A DNA stretch of 64,000 bases from an uncultured Acidobacteriota bacterium (GTDB lineage: Bacteria > Acidobacteriota > Thermoanaerobaculia > UBA5066): NCBI GenBank assembly GCA_963779415.1, contig CAVZYA010000002.1, positions 288,001 to 352,000 of the forward strand, written 5' to 3'. Below, in pieces: positions 29,090-39,209 of the stretch (position 1 is the stretch's first letter; each line of letters opens with the position of its first letter). The position numbers were made by a program, and so were the translations under genes. The notes beneath the pieces were generated by a model, which made no database searches, had not been told where the DNA came from, and worked only from the letters and a program-made list of their open reading frames with translations.

Positions 29090-30783
29090 CGACGAACCGC
29101 TTCTTCGCCTCGGACTCCGAGAAGCGGGCCTGGCTCGCGCTTCTCGTCCTCGCGACGCTCCTGAGGATCGTCGCGCTCGGAGCCCGCCCGTTCCACCACG
29201 ACGAGTCGATCCACGCCTGGGCCTCGAACCGCCTCGCGTTCGAAGGGGAGTACGTCTACGACCCGGTCTACCACGGGCCGGTCCAGTATTACCTCGTCGC
29301 GGCCGCCCTCCGGATCGAGGGGCTCTTCGCAGACCCGAAGGCGATGGTTCCGGGAGAGGGGGACATGGCGGCGCGGCTCCCCGCGGCGCTCGGCGGCGTC
29401 GCGCTCGTCGCCCTCGCGCTCCTCCTTCGCCCCCGCTTCGGGGAGACGGTCGCGTTCGTCTCCGGCGCCCTCCTCGCCGTCTCGCCGAACTTCCTCTACT
29501 ACACCCGCTTCTGCCGGGAGGACATCTGGAGCCTCCTGGGAACCGCCGGAGGATTTCTCTTCCTCGATTCCTGGGTTCGCGGGAGCCGCCTCCGCGATCT
29601 CGCCTTCTCGTCGCTCTTCTTCTCGGTCGCCTTCGCGTCGAAGGAGAACTTCTACGTCCTTTGCGCCCTGATGGCGCCTTCGATCGTCGCGGCGTGGGCC
29701 GAGCCGGGACGGTGCTTCGACGTCTGGAACCGCCTGCGCCGGCTGATCGACTTTCTGGAGAAGAACGCCGTCGCCGTCGCCGCGGCGATCCTCCTCTTCT
29801 TCAACGTCTCGCTTCTCCTCTACACCGTCTTCCTGACGCACCCCGAGTCGGGCAACCCGGTCCTGACGGCGATCAGCTACTGGTGGGGACAGCACAAGGT
29901 GGAACGGGTCGGCGGGCCGAAGTCGTACTACCTGCCGCGGATCCTTCAGTACGAGTTCGCGATCGTCGTCCCCGCGCTCCTCTTCGTCTTCCGGAAATGG
30001 CGAAGCCTCTCCGCCGTCGAGCGGTTCCTCGCGGGGTGGGGAATCTCCTCCCTCCTGATGTACGCGTGGCTCGGCGAGAAGACACCGTGGCTTCTGCTCC
30101 ATCAGATCCTCCCGTTCGTCCCGCTCGCGGCGAAGGCGTGGGTCGAGGGGTGGGAGAGGAGCCGGACGTGGCGGACGGCGGGGGTTCTCGCGGGCGCCGT
30201 GACGGTCTGGTTCTCTCTCGGCCTCTCGTTCGTCCACCCGGCCCTGACGCCGGCCGTGCCGAAGGCGGAGTCGGTCGTCTACGTCCAGACGGCGCCGGAA
30301 ATGCTCGATCTGCGCGACAGGATCCTCGCCTACGGACGCGTGGGGGAGGTGCCGGCCGCCATCATTGTGGGCGAAGCCGGGTGGCCGATGAGCTGGTACG
30401 TCCGGCGCGCCCCGGTCAACTGGGAGATGCCGCGAGGCGACCTCAGGCCGCCGATCGTCGTCTGCGACGTCAGCCAGGCTCCGAAGGCCGCGGCGGCTCT
30501 CGGGCCAGGCTACGTTCGCGACGCGGACGTGCCGCTCCGTGCATGGTGGATTCCCGAGAGTTCCCTCTCGCCCCTCGTCCCGTCACCGGGCGATCTCCTC
30601 CGGTATCTCGTGACACGGGAGGTCTGGCGCGGCAATCTTCCTCCCGGAATGAACCCCATCGGGGCCGTCTACGTCGCCGTCCTCCGCCGCACGGGGCCCG
30701 CCCCTTCGCCGGTCGGTGGATCGCCGGCCGTGGCGCCGGCTCCTCCACAACCGGCCGGGGTGGAGAAGAAGGCCTCGCCATGA
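29086..30783 (+). CDS. TIGR03663 / flippase-associated Agl23-like membrane protein
   Basis: RPFHHDESIHA, YDPVYHGP, YYTRFCRED, KEN, EKTPW, VYVQT, WPMSWY; GTGA coupling to the upstream gene. Confidence 0.85.
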   Translation: MTTNRFFASDSEKRAWLALLVLATLLRIVALGARPFHHDESIHAWASNRLAFEGEYVYDPVYHGPVQYYLVAAALRIEGLFADPKAMVPGEGDMAARLPAALGGVALVALALLLRPRFGETVAFVSGALLAVSPNFLYYTRFCREDIWSLLGTAGGFLFLDSWVRGSRLRDLAFSSLFFSVAFASKENFYVLCALMAPSIVAAWAEPGRCFDVWNRLRRLIDFLEKNAVAVAAAILLFFNVSLLLYTVFLTHPESGNPVLTAISYWWGQHKVERVGGPKSYYLPRILQYEFAIVVPALLFVFRKWRSLSAVERFLAGWGISSLLMYAWLGEKTPWLLLHQILPFVPLAAKAWVEGWERSRTWRTAGVLAGAVTVWFSLGLSFVHPALTPAVPKAESVVYVQTAPEMLDLRDRILAYGRVGEVPAAIIVGEAGWPMSWYVRRAPVNWEMPRGDLRPPIVVCDVSQAPKAAAALGPGYVRDADVPLRAWWIPESSLSPLVPSPGDLLRYLVTREVWRGNLPPGMNPIGAVYVAVLRRTGPAPSPVGGSPAVAPAPPQPAGVEKKASP

Positions 30784-31808
30784 CGCGCGGACCCGGGCTT
30801 TCCGTCGTCCTCCCGGTCTTCAACGAGATCGAGAATCTTCCCGAACTCAAGCGGCGTCTCGTGGAGGTTCTGGAGCGGTGCGGAAAGAGCTGGGAAATCG
30901 TCTTCGTGGACGACGGGAGCCGCGACGGGTCGTTCGAGAAGATGGCCGCCTTCGCCCGGGAGGAGCCCCGGATCCGCGTCGTCCGCTTCGCGCGCAACTT
31001 CGGCCACCAGATGGCGCTGACGGCCGGGATCGACCACGCGCAGGGGGAATACGTCGCCGTGATGGACGCCGACCTGCAGGACCCCCCCGAGCTTCTCCCC
31101 GAGATGTTGAAAAAGGCGGCCGAGGGGGCCGAGGTCGTCTACGCGCAGCGGACGGCCCGCGAAGGGGAGACGGCTTTCAAGAGAGCGACGGCCGCGGCTT
31201 TCTACCGGCTGATGCGACGCTGGACGAACGTGGAGATTCCGGTCGACACCGGGGACTTCCGGCTGATGGGGCCACGGGCCGTCCATGCCTTCCGGAGCCT
31301 CCGCGAGCGGCACCGGTTCATCCGGGGTTTGACGGCATGGGTCGGCTTCACGCAGACGGCCGTGCCGTACGTCCGCCCGCCGCGGACCCGCGGCGAGACG
31401 AAGTGGCCCCTCCGGAAGATGCTCCGCTTCGCCATCGATGCCCTGACGTCGTTCAGCCACGTCCCGCTGCAGCTCGCCACATGGCTCGGCTTCGTCGTCT
31501 CCGCGTTTTCGTTCTTCTACATCGTCGTCGTCCTCGTCCTGAAGATCCGTGGCGTCAACGTGACCGGCTGGACCACCCTGATGTTCTTCATCCTCTTCCT
31601 CGGAGGGGTGCAGCTCATCGTCGTCGGGGTCCTCGGGGAGTACGTCGGACGGATCTACGAGGAGGTCAAGCGCCGCCCGCTCTACCTCGTGGCCGAGATC
31701 GTGGGGGGGTCCGGGGGGGCCACAGCCCCCCCGGGCAGCGGATCTCCCGGCGACAAAGAGACGCCGGCATCTCCCGACGACGAGCCCCGCCCCTTCCACG
31801 CCTCCTGA
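30780..31808 (+). CDS. GT2 polyprenol-phosphate glycosyltransferase (GtrB-like)
   Basis: VDDGSRD, RNFGHQ, DADLQDPP and two C-terminal TM helices. Confidence 0.92.
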   Translation: MTRGPGLSVVLPVFNEIENLPELKRRLVEVLERCGKSWEIVFVDDGSRDGSFEKMAAFAREEPRIRVVRFARNFGHQMALTAGIDHAQGEYVAVMDADLQDPPELLPEMLKKAAEGAEVVYAQRTAREGETAFKRATAAAFYRLMRRWTNVEIPVDTGDFRLMGPRAVHAFRSLRERHRFIRGLTAWVGFTQTAVPYVRPPRTRGETKWPLRKMLRFAIDALTSFSHVPLQLATWLGFVVSAFSFFYIVVVLVLKIRGVNVTGWTTLMFFILFLGGVQLIVVGVLGEYVGRIYEEVKRRPLYLVAEIVGGSGGATAPPGSGSPGDKETPASPDDEPRPFHAS

Positions 31809-31878
31809 GGCATCCGCCCGATTGAAAACTACCCGGCCGGGGGGTAGGTTTCGGGACGAGATCTCGAGGGAGGATGCA

Positions 31879-33246
31879 ATGAGAACTCTCCGTGGGCTCC
31901 TGGCGCTCCCGGTCGTCCTGACCTTTGTCGCCGGTGCCGCTTCCGCCGATTCCCCGCAACAGACCGCCGGCGCGCCGAGCACCGAGAGCCTCGCCTGCGT
32001 CACCTGTCACGAGCAGAAGACGCCGGGCCTCGTGGCGCAGTGGAAGGAGTCGAAGCACCACGCGCAGGGCGTCGGATGCTGGGAATGCCACAACGCCGAC
32101 CCGAAGAATCCCGCCGCCTTCAGGCACGAAGGGGCGACGATCGTCACCGTCGTCTCGCCGGACGCCTGCGCTCCCTGCCACGGCGAGATCGTCTCGGAGT
32201 TCCAGGCGAGCCACCACGCGAGCGCCGCGAAGTTCATCGGGTCGCTCGACAACGTCCTCGGCGAAATCGTGGAGGGGCGCCTCGCCGCGGTGAACGGCTG
32301 CTGGCAGTGTCACGGTTCGACGCTCTCGTTCCTGAAGAACGCGGACGGCTCGGTGAAGAAGAGCGCGACCGGGGCGCCGCTCCTCGACCCGACGACCTGG
32401 CCGAACACCGGGATCGGCCGCGTGAACCTCGACGGAACGCGCGGCTCCTGCACGGCGTGCCACAGCCGCCACGTCTTCTCCAGGAAGATGGGGCGCCAGC
32501 CGGAGGTCTGCGGCAAGTGTCACCTCGGTCCCGACCACCCGCAGGCCGAGATCTACGAGGAGAGCAAGCACGGGATCGCCTACCGGACCCGGAAGAGCGA
32601 GATGAATCTCGATGCGGACAAGTGGGTCGTCGGCCGCGACTACACGGCGGCGCCCACCTGCGCGACCTGCCACATGTCCGCCACGGCGGCACTCCCCCTG
32701 ACGCACGACGTCGGGGCCCGGCTCTCCTGGACCCTCCGTCCCGTCGTCTCCCAGAAGCTCGAGAACTGGGAGAAGAAGCGGGCCGACATGAAGTCCGTCT
32801 GCACGGCCTGTCACGGGGCTCCCTTCGTCGACGCCTTCTACAAGACGTACGACGACACGATCGACCTCTGGAACACGAAGTTCGCGCTGCCGGCGCAGAA
32901 CATCATGACCGCCCTTCGCGAGGCCGGAAAGCTCACCCCGACGCCCTTCGACGAGGAGATCGAGTGGACGTTCTACCGCCTCTGGCACCACGAGGGGCGG
33001 CGCGCGCGGATGGGAGCGTCGATGCAGGGGCCCGACTTCGTCCAGTGGCACGGCTTCTTCGAAGTGGCCGAGAACTTCTACACGAAGTTCCTGCCGCAGG
33101 CGAAGGAAGCCGCGCATGGCGACCCGAAGGTCCTCGCCGTGATCAAGGCCGTGGAGGACGCTCCGCAGCACGCCTGGCGGAAGGGGCTCTCGCCCGAGGA
33201 ACGGAAGAAGATCGACGAGTTCTACAAGCAGCGGTACGGGAACTGA
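31879..33246 (+). CDS. Octaheme hydroxylamine-oxidoreductase-family cytochrome c
   Basis: Signal peptide; eight CxxCH motifs; CGKCHLGPDHPQAEIYEESKHG; HHEGRRARMG. Confidence 0.88.
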   Translation: MRTLRGLLALPVVLTFVAGAASADSPQQTAGAPSTESLACVTCHEQKTPGLVAQWKESKHHAQGVGCWECHNADPKNPAAFRHEGATIVTVVSPDACAPCHGEIVSEFQASHHASAAKFIGSLDNVLGEIVEGRLAAVNGCWQCHGSTLSFLKNADGSVKKSATGAPLLDPTTWPNTGIGRVNLDGTRGSCTACHSRHVFSRKMGRQPEVCGKCHLGPDHPQAEIYEESKHGIAYRTRKSEMNLDADKWVVGRDYTAAPTCATCHMSATAALPLTHDVGARLSWTLRPVVSQKLENWEKKRADMKSVCTACHGAPFVDAFYKTYDDTIDLWNTKFALPAQNIMTALREAGKLTPTPFDEEIEWTFYRLWHHEGRRARMGASMQGPDFVQWHGFFEVAENFYTKFLPQAKEAAHGDPKVLAVIKAVEDAPQHAWRKGLSPEERKKIDEFYKQRYGN

Positions 33247-33274
33247 CCCCGGCCCGGCCCGCCTCCCGACGAGT

Positions 33275-33310
33275 TGATACCGGTTCTCAGCCGGCAGGTG
33301 TAATCTCTCC
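33275..33310 (+). repeat. Direct repeat, copy A (duplicated desaturase upstream region)
   Basis: TGATACCGGTTCTCAGCCGGCAGG identical at 36898-36921, with further similarity beyond. Confidence 0.8.
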
Positions 33311-33364
33311 TCCCTGTGATGAAAAGGCACTTCTGGCGGTCCCTCTGAACGTCTAGGTGACACC

Positions 33365-36300
33365 ATGCGCGCTGCGATTGCCGCGCTTCGTTACGCGGGA
33401 ACCCTGAGTCTTCTCGCCGCCGGTGCATCGCTCTCCCCGTCTGTTAACGCCGGACAGGGCGCCTGGACGAGCGGCGGGCCCTACGGCGGGAATATTTCCG
33501 CCTTGGCCATCGACCCCTCGAACCCCGCCACGCTCTATGCCGGCACGTCAGGTGGCCGCGTCTTCAAGAGCACCGATGGCGGGAAGAGCTGGACGTTCAA
33601 AGTCGGCCTTACACCCACTTCGGCCATACAAGCAAGTGTCCACGCCCTGGCCATCGATCCCTCGGCCCCGACCACGCTCTACGCCGCGACCGGTTACTTC
33701 GACCCGGACCATTTTCGCTTTGATGGCGGTGTCTATAAGTCCACCGATTCCGGTGGCACCTGGGTTGCCACGGGGTTGGCGGGCGAGTCCGTCGGTGCAT
33801 GTTTATTTTTTTTTTTTTATAGTTTTTTTTTATTAAGTTATTTTTTTTTTTTATTTTGTATTTTTATGTTTTTACGGTGTCTATAAGTCCACCGATTCCG
33901 GTGGCACCTGGGTTGCCACGGGGTTGGCGGGCGAGTCCGTCGGTGCTCTGGCCATCGATCCCGCGACCTCCTCTACGCTCTATGCCGGGACAGGCGGTGT
34001 CTTGAAGTCCACCGACTCCGGCGTCACCTGGGCCGCTGCAAGTACGGGACTCTCGAGCCCGCACATCAGCACTCTGGCCATCAGTCCCGTGGCTCCCGCC
34101 ACGCTCTACGCCGGGACGTCCGACGGCGGCGTCTTCAAGTCGACCGATTCCGGGGGTACCTGGGCAGCCGTAAATACGGGCCTGTTGAACCTGACCGTCT
34201 TCGCCATGGCCATCAATCCCTTGACCCCCTCGACGCTCTATGTCGGGACGACCGACGGCGGCGTCTTCAGGTCCACCGACTCCGGTGGCACCTGGGCCGC
34301 TGCGAACACGGGAATCACGAACCCGGACATCCGCGCCCTGGCCATCAGTCCCGCGGCTCCCACCACGCTCTACGCAGGAACAGCCGACGGCCCGGTCTTC
34401 AGGTCGACCGACTCCGGCGGCTCCTGGGCCGCTGCGGGATTGGCGAGCGAGACCGTCCTCGCCCTGGCCATAAATCCTTCGACCAACTCGACGCTCTATG
34501 CCGGGACATTCCGAGGCGGGGTCTTCAAGTCTACCGACTCCGGAGGCAACTGGGCAGCCGCAAGTACGGGCCTGTTGAACCTGAGCGTCCTCGCCCTGGC
34601 CGTGAATCCCGCGACTCCCTCTACGCTCTACGCCGGCGCGGCTCTTGGGGGGCTGTTCAAGTCGGCCGACTCCGGCCGTACGTGGGCTGCCGCCAATACG
34701 GGACTGTTCGATCCCTACGTCTCGGCCCTTGCCATCAATCCGACGGACCCATCTACGCTCTACGCCGGGTCGATCAACGGCCTGGTCTACAAGTCCACCG
34801 ACTCCGGGGGCAGCTGGGCTCTCACGGGTTTGCAAGGTGACTTTGATTCCGGGGATGTCTGGGCCCTGGCCATCGACCCTGCCAACCCCGCCACGCTCTA
34901 CGCCGGAACACTTTTCGGCGGGGTCGTCAAGTCCACCGACTCCGGCGGCACCTGGGCCGCCGCGCAATTGGCAACGGAGGGCGTCCTCGCCCTGGCCATC
35001 AATCCATCGACCTCCTCTACGCTCTACGCTGGGACGTACGGCGTCGGGGTCTTCAAGTCCACCGACTCCGGCGGCACCTGGGCCGCCGCGGGATTGGAAG
35101 GCCAGGCCATCCTCGCCCTGGCCGTCAATCCCGCGGACCCTTCCACGCTCTACGCCGGGGGCTGGGGCGGCGTCTTCAAGTCCACCGACGGCGGCGGCAC
35201 CTGGGCCGCCGTCAACACGGGGCTCACGAACCTGTCCGTCAGCAGCCTGGCCATCAACCCCTCCAATCCCACGACGCTGTACGCCGGGACCTACGGCGGC
35301 GGGGTCTTCAGGTCCACCGACGCCGGCGGCACCTGGGAGGCCGTCAACACCGGCTTGCCATCCCTTCCCGTCAACGCCGTGGCGCTGGACCCCACCGGGG
35401 CCACGACTCTCTACGCCGGGCTTGACGGCGGCAGCGTTTGGCAGTCGACGGCCGCGGCGCCCAGCATCACCTCCCTCCTCCCCGCAAGCGCCCATTCCCG
35501 GGGCGCCAACGGCGCCTTCTACACGACCGACGTCTCGGTTTCGAATGTGGGCGACGCGAACGCTACGTTCACCCTCAAGTTCCTCGGAAACAACCAGGAC
35601 GGATCGAGCGGCCCGGAAAAGACCTTCAATCTCGGTCCCGGCAAGTCCACGACATTCCTCGATGTCCTCGGCTCCGTCTTCAACCAGACGAGCAACTTCG
35701 GGGCCATCCGGATAACGTCGAACAGTTCGACGCTCGACATCGTCTCCGTGACGTCCACTCCCGGCTTCGGCGGAACTTTCGGCCAGACCATTCCGGCCGT
35801 CTCGGCATCGGACTTGATTCCCGCCGGCTCCTCGCGATCCATCCTCTACATCCGCGAGGGCGACGGCTTCCGTTCCAACCTCATTCTCGCGAACGGCGCC
35901 TCCGTTTCCACCAACGTCGACGTCACGCTCGTCTTGCCGGCGAGCCCTTGGGATTACGCGCGCATAGGAGCGAGCCTGGCGACGAAGACCTACTCCGTTC
36001 CGCCGAACGGAATGACGCAGATCAACCGCGTAGTCCGCGACATGGGCGCCACAGACATCGTGCACCGGCACCCGGCTCGTCGTCTCCAGCTCCACCCCGG
36101 GCGCCGCCTTCACCGCGTTCGTCTCCGTCATCGACGAGACCACCAACGATCCGACGACGGTGACCACCCAGCCGGCGGCAGTCTCCGGATCCGCGCCGTA
36201 CATCTGGCTTCTTCCCGCGAGCGCTCACTCGCCCGGCGCCAACGGTGCTTTCTACACGACGAATGTCGCGGTCGCCAACGTCGGCGCGGGGCCGCTGTCG

Positions 36301-36882
36301 TTCACCATGAAGTTTCTCGGCCACAACCAGGACGGCTCGGGCGGCCCCGAACAGACCTTCAACCTCGAGTCCGGCAAGACGGTCGCCTTTTTCGATATTC
36401 TGGGCTCTGTCTTCAGCCAGAACTCGACCTTCGGGGCCATTCGCATCACGTCGGACGCCCCGACGCTGAACGTTGTCTCCGTGACGTCCACTCCCGGGTT
36501 CGGAGGGTCTTTCGGCCAGACAGTCCCCGCCGTGCCATGGAGCGATCTGATTCCCGCAGGTTCAACGCGCTCCATCCTCCACATCCTGGAGGGCAACGGA
36601 TTCCGCTCCAACCTCATCCTCGCAAGCGGCGCCAGCGTCTCCACGACGGTCGACGCGGTTCTCGTGTCTGCCGACGGGGCAACGCTAGCCGAGAAGAGCT
36701 ACTCGGTTCCTCCCAATGGCATGACACAGGTCAACCGCGTCGTCCGCGACATGGGCGCCTCGGACATCGTGACCGGCGCCCGGCTCGTCGTCTCCAGCTC
36801 CACCCCGGGCGTCGCCTTCACCGCCATCGTCTCGGTCATCGACGAGACGACGAACGACCCCACGACGGTGGAGGCGAAATAG
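33365..36882 (+). CDS. Secreted BNR/Asp-box beta-propeller repeat protein with two homologous C-terminal domains (interrupted at 33799-33874 and ~36064)
   Basis: Signal peptide; many ALAIxPxxPxTLYAGT..GGVFKSTDSGGTW repeats; duplicated LLPASAHS.GANGAFYTT domain. Confidence 0.85.
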
Positions 36883-36897
36883 GCCTCGGGGCGAAGC

Positions 36898-36933
36898 TGA
36901 TACCGGTTCTCAGCCGGCAGGCGTACTCTCTCC
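36898..36933 (+). repeat. Direct repeat, copy B
   Basis: Matches 33275-33310. Confidence 0.8.
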
Positions 36934-36937
36934 GCGC

Positions 36938-37906
36938 ATGAAAGGGGGCTTCTACTGGCGCGCGATCGGCGACCTCAAGCACCGTCTCGGCGAGGCGGTG
37001 CCTCACGAGGTCCTGAAGGCGCTTCACCGGAAGGTCCCCGCGCGGCATTTCGCCGTCTCGCTCCGGCAGCTCGTCCTCTTCGCCGGCGCCTTCGCCCTCG
37101 GGTGGCAGGTGGATGCCCTCTGGGTCCGGGTTTCCTGCGCTCTCGTCATTGGCTTCGTCGTCTTCGACGGGACCGTCCTTCTTCACGAGGTCGTCCACAA
37201 GGCGGTCTTCGACGGCGACCGGCCCCGGGCCTACCGGCTCCTCGGCCTCCTCTACGCCCTTCCTTCGGGGATCTCCCCGACGCAGTTCACCCGCTGGCAC
37301 CTCGACCACCACAACGAGCTGGGGTCGAACACCGACGATCCGAAGCGCGCCCGTCTCTCGCCGAAGAGAAACGCCCGCTGGCTGAAGCTCCTCTACGCGA
37401 CGCCCGCGCTCTTCCCGATCTATTTCCGCGCCGCGCGGGCCGAGACGGCCGCCTACCCGCCGGAAGTAGGGGCGGTGATCCGCCGGGAGCGCTTCGCCGC
37501 GATCGCCCTTCATCTCGCTGCCGCCGCGACGATCTTGTTTTTCGGGGGCTTTTCCCGCTTCCTCTGGCTCTACGCGGTCCCGGTCTTCTTCGTCTTTCCC
37601 CCCGCCTTCACCCTGAACCGTCTCGGACAGCACTACGACATCGTTCCGGGGGAGCCCGCCAAGTGGTCGACGCGGATGGCCCGGTCGCGCTTCTGGGAGT
37701 TCGTCTACCTCTGGTCGAACTACCACCTCGAGCACCACTACTTCCCCGCCGTCCCCTTCTACCGGCTGTCGGCGCTCAACGCCGCGCTCACTCCCTTCTT
37801 CGAGAAAGAAGAGATCCGCCCCCACACCTACAGGGAGCTTCTCTGGTGCTGGTTCGTCCGGAACCGCCCCCCGCACGCCGACTGGGATTCGACTCCGGCC
37901 GCGTGA
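36938..37906 (+). CDS. Fatty acid desaturase family protein
   Basis: His boxes HEVVH, HLDHH, HLEHH. Confidence 0.9.
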   Translation: MKGGFYWRAIGDLKHRLGEAVPHEVLKALHRKVPARHFAVSLRQLVLFAGAFALGWQVDALWVRVSCALVIGFVVFDGTVLLHEVVHKAVFDGDRPRAYRLLGLLYALPSGISPTQFTRWHLDHHNELGSNTDDPKRARLSPKRNARWLKLLYATPALFPIYFRAARAETAAYPPEVGAVIRRERFAAIALHLAAAATILFFGGFSRFLWLYAVPVFFVFPPAFTLNRLGQHYDIVPGEPAKWSTRMARSRFWEFVYLWSNYHLEHHYFPAVPFYRLSALNAALTPFFEKEEIRPHTYRELLWCWFVRNRPPHADWDSTPAA

Positions 37907-37985
37907 TCTCCTCCTGAAACACGGTCGCAGGAAAGCCCGTAACAGGGAGACACGGCCTCGCCACGAGGCCGAGGGGAGGTGTTCG

Positions 37986-39128
37986 ATGAGGTCTTGCGTC
38001 CGTCCCGTTTTCGCCCTCGCGCTGCCGGCCCTTCTCGCGGCCGGCCCCGCCTTCGCCCAGGGGCTGGTCCTCTCGCCCTCCGGCGGTAACCAGCGCGCCA
38101 CCGTCACACAGCAGATCGGCCCCGTGAAGGTCACGATCGACTACTCCAGCCCTCGGGTGGTCCTCCGGGGGCAGGACCGGAAAGGGAAGATCTGGGGGCA
38201 GCTCGTCCCGTACGGCCTCTCCGATCTCGGCTACAACGACTGCACGGCGTGCCCGTGGCGCGCCGGGGCGAACATGAACACGACTTTCGCCGTCACCCAC
38301 GACGTCCAGGTCGAGGGGAAGACGCTCCCCGCCGGGACGTACGGCCTCCACATGATCCCCGGCGAGGCGGAGTGGACCGTCATCTTCTCGAAGGACAGCA
38401 ATTCCTGGGGGAGCTACTGGTACGACCCGAAGGAGGACGCCCTCCGGGTGACCGTCAAGCCGACGAAGTCGGAGTACCACGAGTGGCTGACGTACGAGTT
38501 CACCGATCGCGAGCCCGAGAAGGCGACCGTCGCCCTGAAGTGGGAGGAGCGGGAGGTCCCGATCCAGATCGCGGTCCCGAACGCCAAGGAGCTCTGGGTG
38601 GCCTCGCTCAGGAGCCAGCTCCGCGCCGGTCTCGGGTTCGACGGACGCTACCTTCAGGAGGCCGCCGACTGGTGCATCCAGAACAAGGTGAACCTCCCCC
38701 AGGCTCTGGTCTGGGCCGAGAAGGCGACGACTCCCGGCGTGGGCGGCTCCGAGACCTTCTCGACGCTTTCGACCGTCTGGCGCGCCCAGCTTGCGAACGG
38801 CAAGGACGCCGACGCCGCGAAGACCCTCGAGAAGGCGCTCGCGAGCCCGACCGCCACGCCGATCGCAATCCATTATCTGGGCCGCCAGCTCCAGGCCGAG
38901 GGGAAAAAGGACGAAGCGGTCCGCGTCTACCAGATGAATGCGAAGCGCTTTCCGGGGCAGTGGCCCGTGAACGTCGGCCTCATGCGCGCCTGGGCGGCGA
39001 CCGGCGACAGGAAGAAGGCGCTCGAGTACGCGAAGCTCGCCGTCGTCCAGGCCCCCGATCCGCCGAACAAGATGAACCTCGAGAAGATGGTGAAGCTCCT
39101 CGAGGAGGGAAAAGACATCCCGCAGTGA
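37986..39128 (+). CDS. DUF2911 domain protein with TPR-like C-terminus
   Basis: Signal peptide; IDYSSP, LVPYG, WRAGAN, LPAGTYGL. Confidence 0.88.
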   Translation: MRSCVRPVFALALPALLAAGPAFAQGLVLSPSGGNQRATVTQQIGPVKVTIDYSSPRVVLRGQDRKGKIWGQLVPYGLSDLGYNDCTACPWRAGANMNTTFAVTHDVQVEGKTLPAGTYGLHMIPGEAEWTVIFSKDSNSWGSYWYDPKEDALRVTVKPTKSEYHEWLTYEFTDREPEKATVALKWEEREVPIQIAVPNAKELWVASLRSQLRAGLGFDGRYLQEAADWCIQNKVNLPQALVWAEKATTPGVGGSETFSTLSTVWRAQLANGKDADAAKTLEKALASPTATPIAIHYLGRQLQAEGKKDEAVRVYQMNAKRFPGQWPVNVGLMRAWAATGDRKKALEYAKLAVVQAPDPPNKMNLEKMVKLLEEGKDIPQ

Positions 39129-39209
39129 CCGTCCGGGGGAGCCCGGCTCGAGGGTTCCCCCGTCCTTCCCCGCGCGGAATCGGTCCCCTTCGGCTAATCT
39201 CCGCCGTCA

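Noticed and set aside
33430-35450. Regular ~130-bp repeats resembling an array (CRISPR or DGR-like)
   Set aside because: They are in-frame coding propeller repeats with synonymous variation; no unique spacers, cas genes or reverse transcriptase are present.
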